Positions 54,807-64,000 of a stretch of 64,000 bases of DNA are shown one piece after another (the stretch's first letter is position 1; every line of letters starts with the position of its first letter). Under the pieces are notes generated by a model. The model was not told the DNA's origin, ran no database searches, and saw nothing but the letters and a program-made list of their open reading frames with translations. The stretch is from the human T2T-CHM13v2.0 reference genome, Homo sapiens: NCBI GenBank assembly GCA_009914755.4, contig CP086569.2, positions 20,832,001 through 20,896,000 of the forward strand, written 5' to 3'. Both the position numbers and the translations under genes were made by a program.

Positions 54807-55200
54807 TTACAAGCTCAATTGGCCAGTTTTCAGGCAGCATCCCTTACTATTCCTTATTCGTTGATGTAAAAACAGCATTCTTCCTCCAGAAAATAAACAT
54901 AAGCCATCTTTTTCAATGGTTAAAATATCCAGTCCCCTTCTATTTTGTAAAGCAACCACTACCAAGATGTTTATTTTGTAAAGTGACAATACTTTGGGCA
55001 GTTTAATTCAAGCTTTCTGAAAGATCCTTGGACAAGTGGTTGTTAATAGGATAGGAAAGTTGCAAGAGTGCTAACTCTTGTTTCCACCTCTGCTCTTATT
55101 TGTTCACCTACCAAAAGACTTATGAGTTCTATGGGTCATTTGTGCCTGGCTGTTGCAGTTAAAGGCATAATGAGAGACTGGTTACTGTTTCAACCCAGCC
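54807..55200 (-). pseudogene. Gamma-retrovirus-type ERV env remnant B: SU/TM cleavage site, fusion peptide, heptad repeat and immunosuppressive domain
   Basis: The minus strand reads ...TATARHK*PIELISLLVGEQIRAEVETRVSTLATF (compare FeLV RHKREPISLTLAVMLGLGVAAGVGTG), then ...SKDLSESLN*TAQSIVTLQNKH (compare DKDISQLTQAIVKNHKNL), then the ORF at 54807-54989 ...[38 protein letters not shown] (compare [30 protein letters not shown]). It is about 60% similar to env-A at the nucleotide level, so it is a different or much diverged element. Confidence 0.7.
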
Positions 55201-56935
55201 AGTAAGGGTGTCTATTAGTTCTAGCAAAAATTTGTATGCTTTCAAAGCTGTCATCTAGGTGCAATCTAATTGCCAATCTCCCCCTCTAACTTTAGCCTAT
55301 ATATTCACACATGGAATCTCTTTTACAATTACTTTTTCATAAACCTTCCCCAACTCATTCAAATCCTTAGATTTGTCCTATCTCACTTAAAAAAACACTT
55401 TAACCTTCAACACTTATGCAAGTAATCCACATTCACATGCTTTTACCAAAAATACACTATACTTTTGTTATACAAATCCTCTTCAGATCTTAAACAGACC
55501 ATCTACAAATGTTTGGAATTTCTGACTTGTCCTATGTATCCCTCTTTTTAGACAACCAGTTATTTTAGTCCAGGACAAGAATTACCAGACAAGATCTTTT
55601 CTCATACAAAATTATTATTTTTATAACCTTCATTATCAAAAATACATGTTAACATAAATAAATTTCTTCATATATCTCTCCCCTACCTATTAGTTCATTA
55701 CTATCCTATTTTATAAATAATCTTTTTAAAAAGTCCACAATTTGAATTAAGTTTTAAGTAACTTTGTAACTACATAAAATCATTCTTTCTCACCAATAAC
55801 ACATCTTTTGGCACATTTTGAATACAGAACTATGTGTTAACTAACATTCTTATCTTTAGTAACCTTAAATTTTAGTGAATCCCTAAAAAGAAAGGAATCT
55901 TGAGTTTGTTATGTATTGAGTAAACTTTATTATTTTAATCTCTTCAATCCTGCTATATGCACATGATCTTTTTTGGATCCTGAGTGTTCAGAGGCTGGTG
56001 GGCAATGTCTATGCCATTTTGAGTTCTTTGGTGTAGTTGTACTCACCTGTAGAGAATGCCTGTTATTTATACCAGTATACTACTTGAACTCAATCTTACA
56101 ACACATTTCTTAGTGTTGTCTAATAATAATCAAACAGAAAAGTGATGATAATGTAAAATAACTCATATGTGTTTGTTCAGATAAAAGTAATTAAAGAAGA
56201 AAAATCACCAAAGGAAAAAAATGAAAAAAATTCTCATCACACTCACCTATCATCACTACACTCAATTTGTTTTCTTAGTCTCTATTTCTCACATAAGAAT
56301 GCTAGATATCACATTAAGCTCAAAACTGTAATTCAGTTTTGAGCCTAATGTAAATCAGGTTTGTCTTTTTTTAGAGTCAGTAGATTATTAATCTTTATTT
56401 CATCTTTGTCATATACGATAATATATTCCTAGGACCTGGTCCTTAGACATGGGCGTTATGGTGTGGCTTTATTCCATTTGCCAAATGTCCTGTTATATGG
56501 ATCTTTTTAATATGATTTTAGAACCTGTTAAAGTTTTGTTTCTGTCTCTGAAAAACCTTAAGTTTTTTTTTTTTTAACCTCAGGAGCAAATTGCTAAAAT
56601 TCAGTTCTCAATGTTAGAAGGAGACATAACATTTTGCTGTTTTATGGGAGATATTAATTTGCATTCATATTCTTTAATTGAGACTTCACTTTATATAGGG
56701 AATACCTTTTTATGGAATACTTTTTTATATTAGGAATACCTTTTTATGCCTTGAGATAATACTAAGGTATCTAATAGTAAAGATAATTCACCTTAACTTA
56801 ATGAGGATATATCTGTATCAGAACTGTTCATAAATTTTACTGAATAGTTCTGCTGTTACTTTTTCTTGTTTGTTTTTCTTTTTTTGCCTCTATATAGGCA
56901 CCACTGTGATGTCCAATTAATCCAAAATGGAATAA

Positions 56936-57240
56936 TACAGCTCTGGCCAGCTTCAGTATCACATGCCTGTAATCTCATCACTTTAGGAAGCTGGGGCAGG
57001 GGAATCAGTTGGGTCAAAAAGTTGGAGACCAGCCAGAGTAACATAAAAATATCCTGTTTCTATTAATTTTTTTGAAAGAAATTAACTTGGTGTGATGGCA
57101 CACTTCTCTGGTACCACTGACTTGAGAGGCTGAGGCAAGACAATCACTTAAACACAGGAGTCTGGTGCTGCAGTAAGCCATGATCACATCAGTGCACTCT
57201 TGCCCAGTTGAGAGAGTAAAATGTTGTCTCAAAAAATACA
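56936..57240 (+). mobile_element. Old Alu (AluJ/FLAM-like), diverged
   Basis: GGCCAGCTTCAGTATCACATGCCTGTAATCTCATCACTTTAGGAAGCTGGGGCAGGGGAATCAGTTGGGTCAAAAAGTTGGAGACCAGCCAGAGTAACATAAAAATATCCTGTTTCTATTAATTTTTTT ... GGTGTGATGGCACACTTCTCTGGTACCACTGACTTGAGAGGCTGAGGCAAGACAATCACTTAAACACAGGAGTCTGGTGCTGCAGTAAGCCATGATCACATCAGTGCACTCTTGCCCAG. Confidence 0.75.
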
Positions 57241-58767
57241 GCTGTATGAGACATACAAACATAATTTTAAAGAAATTAATGAAATTCTTATTCTGAGATG
57301 AAAGATTGTTTGACTATAATTTTAAGGTCACTTAAAATTATACCAGGCCATAAATATAAATGTGTAAGGCAATGAATACAGTTTGACATTTTTACCATGT
57401 ACTCAGGAAATTGCATCTTACTTGAAATACTGTTTTAAAGCCATCTTATGTTTATGATTTTATATAAAACAAATTGTATAGTTTATATAACAGGTGTTAT
57501 TTTTTCCCCAATTTGTAACCTAGAAGAGATACACATTTATCTCAATGTCTAGATCCACACAATGAATGATTGCCACCGAAATATACTGGAACCATCAGCA
57601 TAGTTGGGGTCTTCTATAATTTTTGACTTATACGAAGCTCCAGGATAAATCAGATTAAAGGCACAGTAATAACCATATTTTAAGTATTAAAGTATTGTAC
57701 CAGAAAAGCAGTAGCTGTACATGAAATATCAATATATAAAAAACTACTTGGTAACTATATATGAATCACCTTACTAATATATGTCCATATATATGTATAC
57801 ATAAATGTGTGCATATTACATATAAGTATACGTACTTATAATCATATACAATGGTAGAGGAAATAACACCAGTAAATCAACTGAACAAAAGATTGATCAC
57901 AAATGACGTAGGCTTAGATCACATGTCTGAAGCAAAGAGAATGTAGTGAAAGTCATTAGCCATTTATGAAGATTAAATTATGTTATGCATAAGAATATTA
58001 TAACATGGAGAGTATTAATGAAAAAAGTCTATTTTCTCATCTTTATAACAATGTCAAATTTACAGATATTTTTTTTAATAAATACCATAATTTATCCACA
58101 GATATTTACACTCAGCCATGTTTTAGATAAAATTTATATACAACCTACATAATAAAATAGCCTACCAGGGTTACTTTATTACAATCATAATTACTTGGTC
58201 ACCACTATTTTTACCATCTTTTGTGAACCGTGCTGTTTGACTCTTGACTGGTCATTGGCAATACAAAATATTTATGAAAAACACACATGGTAGGTGATGG
58301 GCTTTTGATTGATGCTGTGGCAATAGTTGGCAACATCAGAAAAGTGAACCCATAATTGTAGAAAACTGTACACCATTCTACCTAGTTTCATGAAACAATT
58401 TTGTAAAATATAGAAATGCCAGAAAAGCAATTTTGATAGTTATAACCAAATAACTGAAATACATATTGTTTGACAGTTTAACTTAGTAAAGGATGTAGCT
58501 GAAAAGACATTGTTTGCTAGTATAGATATTAATAATATCTATCAATTTAATTACTAAATCCCTAGAAGGAAAATAGTGTTAGAAATGTTACTGCAGATAC
58601 AAGAGAGAGAAATAACTAGATGGGCTTTATCAAAAGTTACATGTTACAAATTTTTAAATGCTCTAAGTATGTGCTTTTGTAGTATGCAACATTTTTCTCA
58701 TTTCAATTATGAAGAAAATATGAGCATGCCAGGTATATTTTCTGAAACCTGAAATTTGAACAGTTTG

Positions 58768-58845
58768 GGAGGCTGAGGAAGGAAGATTCCTTGAGGCTAG
58801 GATTTAAAGAGTAGTCTGGGTAACATAGTGAGGCCAACCTCTGGT
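58768..58845 (+). mobile_element. Alu/FLAM fragment (about 75 bp), cut by the L1 insertion
   Basis: TTGGGAGGCTGAGGAAGGAAGATTCCTTGAGGCTAGGATTTAAAGAGTAGTCTGGGTAACATAGTGAGGCCAACCTCTGG. Confidence 0.7.
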
Positions 58846-60382
58846 TTTTTTTTTTTTAATTATTATTATACTTTAAGTTCTGGTGTACATGTGCAGAATG
58901 TGCAGTTTTGTTACTAGGTATACATGTGCTCTGGTGGTTTGCTGCACCCATCAACCTGTCACCTACATTAGGTATTTCTCCTAATTCTGCCCCTCCCCTA
59001 TACCTCCACCCCCCGACAGGCCCCAGAGTGTGGTGTTCCCCTCCCTGTGTCCATATGATCTCCTTGTTCAACTCCCACTTATAAGTGAGAACATGCACTG
59101 TTTTGTTTTCTGTTCTTGTGTTAGTTTGCTGAGAATGATGGTTTCCAGCTTCATCCATGTCCCAGAAAAGGACATGAACTCATCCTTTTTTATGGCTGTA
59201 TAGTATTTCATGGTGTATATGTGCCACATTTTCTTTATCCAGTCTATCATTGATGGGCATTTGGATTGGTTCCAAGTCTTTGCTATTGTGAATAGTGCTG
59301 CAATAAACATATGTGTGCATGTGTCTTTACAGTAGAATGATTTATAATCCTTTGGGTATGTACCCAGTAATGGAATTGCTGGGTCAAATGGTATTTCTGG
59401 TTCTAGATCCTTGAGGAAGCGCCACACTATCTTCTGCACTGGTTGAATTAATTTACATTTCCAGCAACAGTGTAAAAACGTTCCTATTTCTCCACATCCT
59501 CTCCAGCATCTGTTGTTTCCTGACTTTTTAATGATGCCCATTCTAAATGGTGTGAGATGCTATCTCATTGTGCTTTTGATTTGCATATCTCTATGGACCA
59601 GTGATGATGAGCTTTTTTTCATATGTTTGTTGCTGCATAAATGTCTTCTTTTGAGAAGTGTCTGTTCATATATTTTGCCCACTTTTTGATGGGATTGTTT
59701 GATTTTTTTTTGTTTTCATTGGTTGGTCTCATCTCACCAAGCTTGAGCATCCTAGATCCATCTCAGACTGCTAGACTGCTACGGTGCTGGCCGTGAGAAT
59801 TACAAGCCAGTGGATCTTAGTTTGCTCCAGTCCATGGGGCAGGGCAGGGGTGGCGGGGGTGGGGAGCAACTCGCGGAGTCAGGCCACTTGGCTCCCTGAC
59901 TTCAGCTCACCTTTCCAGGGGAGCGAACGGTTTTGTATCGCTGGCGTTGGAGGTGCCACTGGGGTATAGAAAACAAACAAACAAACAAACAAAAAAACTC
60001 TTGCAGCTAGTTTGATGTCTGCCCAGTTTCATGCTTGAAACCCAGGGCCCTGGTGGGGTAGATACCAGAGGGAATCTCCTGGTCTCAGGTTGCGAAGACC
60101 GTGGGACAAGAGCAGTATCTGGGCCGGAGTGTGCATGGTTTCCCAGGTTCAGTCCCTCACAGCTTCCCTTGGGTAGGGGTGAAAATTCCCCTACCCTTTG
60201 CATTTTCTGGGTAATAGCAATGCCCTACCCTGCTTTGACTCGCCCTCTGTGGGCTGCGCCCACCGTCCACCCAGTCCCAATGAGTTAAACTGGGTACTTC
60301 AGGTGGAAATTTACCCACCTTCTGCATCGATCTTTCTGGGAGCTGCAGACCGAAGCTGTTCCTATTAGGCCATCTTGCCAGC
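58845..60382 (-). mobile_element. Internally deleted L1PA LINE-1 (minus): about 670 bp of 5'UTR starting near L1 position 8, joined directly to the last about 870 bp (ORF2 C-terminus plus 3'UTR plus poly-A)
   Basis: Poly-T at 58845-58858 followed by the reverse complement of the L1 3' end (TATACTTTAAGTTCTGGTGTACATGTGCAGAATGTGCAG...). The minus ORF at 59068-59541 reads ORF2 C-terminus (...[67 protein letters not shown]...). The junction is at about 59712-59725. Positions 59725-60382 are reverse-complement L1 5'UTR (GCTGGCAAGATGGCCTAATAGGAACAGCTTCGGTCTGCAGCTCCCAG...TTTCCACCTGAAGTACCC resembles GGAGCCAAGATGGCCGAATAGGAACAGCTCCGGTCTACAGCTCCCAGC...TTTCCATCTGAGGTACCGG). Confidence 0.85.
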
Positions 60383-60385
60383 AAT

Positions 60386-60527
60386 CTTTCTTTTCTTTTC
60401 TTTTCTTTTCTTTTCTTTTCTTTTCTTTTCTTTTCTTTTCTTTTCTTTTCTTTTCTTTTCTTTTCTTTTCTTTTCTCTTCTCTTCTTTTCTTTTCTCTTC
60501 TCTTCTTTTCTTTTCTTTTTTTTTTTT
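60386..60527. repeat. (CTTTT)n / (TTTTC)n microsatellite (about 25 units, imperfect) ending in a poly-T
   Basis: tctttcttttcttttcttttc...tctcttctcttcttttcttttctttttttttttt. The plus ORF at 60375-60587 (FSFLFFSFLFF...) is an artefact of this repeat. Confidence 0.95.
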
Positions 60528-60650
60528 ACAAAGGGCATCATAGGTAGAAAAACTACCTACTGGGTACCATACCCATTACATCTTTGACAGAATCCATACC
60601 CCAAAGTCAGCATCACACAACGTGCCCACTTAGCAAGGTTGCACATGTTC

Positions 60651-60753
60651 GGCTCGTGGCAACCTCTGTCTCCCTAGTTCAAGTGATTCTCCTGCCTCAG
60701 CTTCCTGGGTAGCTGGAACTACAGGCACGTGCTACCACGCCCACCCAGAAATT
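60651..60753 (-). mobile_element. Partial Alu (about 100 bp, minus)
   Basis: GGCTCGTGGCAACCTCTGTCTCCCTAGTTCAAGTGATTCTCCTGCCTCAGCTTCCTGGGTAGCTGGAACTACAGGCACGTGCTACCACGCCCACCCAGAAATTT. Confidence 0.8.
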
Positions 60754-61849
60754 TGATACTGCAAGCAAATGGGATGGAGGGGTACTCTCATGAGCTACAG
60801 AAAGAATGGGTAGGGGTTAAGATAAAACACAAGGCAAATTTATTAGAGTTATTAAAAAGCCAGCAATGGTGATCTTCTTGCTGGTCTTGCCATTCCTGTA
60901 CAGAAGTGCTCCATGGCTTCTGCAATGCTTACACCATCTTTCACCTTGCCAAAACTAAATTTTACCTTGCCAAGGGCAGTTTTATTCTGTCTTTAAACTT
61001 TGCAAACAGCTTGATGGAGACACAAACCAAAAGCTTACTGTTGACTGTGATATGGAAAATCACCATGGGGCTCACTGTGGCTGGTGGTGTTGGCATCTGT
61101 GAAGGATCTCACAGTTTCTTTACTTTCTTTCTGAGTCTCACATTTATCTCCAGACATCACCAAACAGTGTGAGAAGCCCATGACAGCCCTCCCTGAAAAG
61201 ATACCATACAGAATCTCTATTTTGGTTGTGCAGATGTGGCTTGCAGTGCTAACTCCATATTGCTGGTCTTGAATTTCCAGCAGAAGTTTGTCTTGTCCTG
61301 GGGCTTCAGTGGTTATAATCTTGAAGATGAAAGAGGAAAAGTTATTTTCCCCAAATTATTTTACTTCTCAGGGCATGGAGCACCCAAATAAATGCTGGTT
61401 ACAACTGATTATTTGCCATCAGTAAAGAGGAGGCTGTATTTTTCTGGAAGGACATCAACACTTTTCATGAGTCTGCCATAAGGCTGAAAGCAGTGCTGAA
61501 CCTCTAGGGCTGGAGAACTCAGAGCCTGGCTCATGGGAAGCATAACATTATAGTGGCTGAATGACACCTAGTTGTGTCTGCAGTGGTGAACTGCAGAGAT
61601 CACAAGCCCACATCTTCCTCTGTACAATGACATTTGGTACTGGCAAAACCTGTGTTTCTTCTTTTTCATAGATAGCCAAGTGCCTGGGCACCAGATGTCA
61701 GACTCTATCCACAGAACTCAGGGGACAAATTTCCTGTCAAAAATTGTGTCCCAGCAAATCATACTCAGGGCTTCTCACAAAATGGAGGTTTTCTTCTGTA
61801 TCCTTGATTACACTGAATTCAGCCCCTAAAGCCATTTTTTTTTGGTGAT

Positions 61850-62400
61850 TGGTTGGTCTGGTGCATTATTTACCCAGGGCTAGAAACTGTATCTGCTGAT
61901 AGCTGAGGCTCAGGTGCCACATCTTTTTCTTTCCTAATGCAGCAAATACGGAGCTGGTTTTCATCAGTGCCAGGTGTGTATTTCTGACCACATGCTGTTG
62001 ACAAAATAACCTCATGACTGACACCCTCCACGAATTTACAGGCTTCAACATTTTTGGTGTCATTGTCTTTCAACTGTCCCTTTTCATTTGTACCCCAGCC
62101 AGAATGCTTCCCTTCTGTGGCTATGAGAGGGCTGTAGGCCACACATAAGCCCCAAATCACTTACCTCTGATGAAGATTATGGTAAGCACTTTGTTGTTTA
62201 TGGGCTTCTTTTCCACCTATCAATTCCCAGTTGGTTGCCCCCAAAATGAAGGCTGCCATTTCCACGTAGACCCTTCAAGTTTGTCATACTTCTTTGTGTG
62301 CTCAGCTTTGTAGTGACCACAGCTGTGCCACCTGCTTTGCTGGCTGCTGGGTCTGCTGGGAAGGGTGATTTCTCTGCAATGGCCACGTCAAGCTTCAGAA
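61850..62400 (-). pseudogene. Possible ancient processed-pseudogene fragment resembling the C-terminal about 120 aa of a class-I fructose-bisphosphate aldolase (closest to ALDOA by eye), truncated at 62403 by the young L1
   Basis: Minus-strand translations with frameshifts and stops: ...LHFGGNQLGIDRWK / ...SFWGQPTGN**VEKKPINNKVLTIIFIRGK (compare ALDOA [36 protein letters not shown]). ...AFWLGYK*KGQLKDNDTKNVEACKFVEGVSHEVILSTACGQKYTPGTDEN (compare [41 protein letters not shown]). At the DNA level GTCAACAGCATGTGGTCAGAAATACACACCTGG against GCCAACAGCCTTGCCTGTCAAGGAAAGTACACTCCG. A 9-T run at 61837-61845 (poly-A on the minus strand) follows about 40 nt after the stop. The similarity is weak, and this is the least certain call in the list. 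Confidence 0.25.
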
Positions 62401-62411
62401 CATCTTTATTA

Positions 62412-64000
<1,589 letters not shown>

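Noticed and set aside
51767-55200. The two env remnants as a recent tandem duplication of one env-LTR unit
   Set aside because: The two immunosuppressive-domain regions differ at about 40% of nucleotide positions and the cleavage-site and fusion-peptide sequences differ (RNKK/GPWLIALG against RHK*/PIELISLL). They are distinct or anciently diverged elements, not a recent duplication.
60386-60527. Possible CRISPR-like array. The regularly spaced short repeats here and the 70-bp tandem units at 36480-36800 are the only candidates in the window.
   Set aside because: (CTTTT)n is a plain microsatellite with no spacers. The 70-bp units are the known internal repeats of LTR12 LTRs and have no unique spacers between them. 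The whole window is primate nuclear DNA, where CRISPR arrays do not occur.

Overview
This window is primate, almost certainly human, nuclear DNA and not a prokaryotic locus. It is AT-rich and densely packed with interspersed repeats. I recognised at least 12 Alu SINEs or Alu fragments and about 14 LINE-1 copies or fragments spanning old L1M, L1PB and L1PA families, several nested inside each other. There is a deleted ERVK-like provirus (5' LTR, gag N-terminus, protease, RT, RNase H, integrase) that carries an LTR12 solo LTR inside pol and is cut off by an L1. There are two gamma-retroviral env transmembrane-subunit remnants on the minus strand, each with a candidate flanking LTR. Several microsatellites are present, plus a 1.3 kb A-rich low-complexity tract and one weak candidate processed pseudogene resembling an aldolase. 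I see no intact cellular protein-coding gene, RNA gene, CRISPR array or operon-like system. The ORF track is almost entirely artefact: it uses bacterial start codons and reads through repeats. The real ORFs it picks up are L1 ORF2 fragments and ERV gag, pol and env remnants. The points worth a second look are listed in the findings. No novel cellular system is supported; the interest lies in mobile-element structure. All coordinates are approximate to about ±10–30 bp because they come from reading the sequence by eye.
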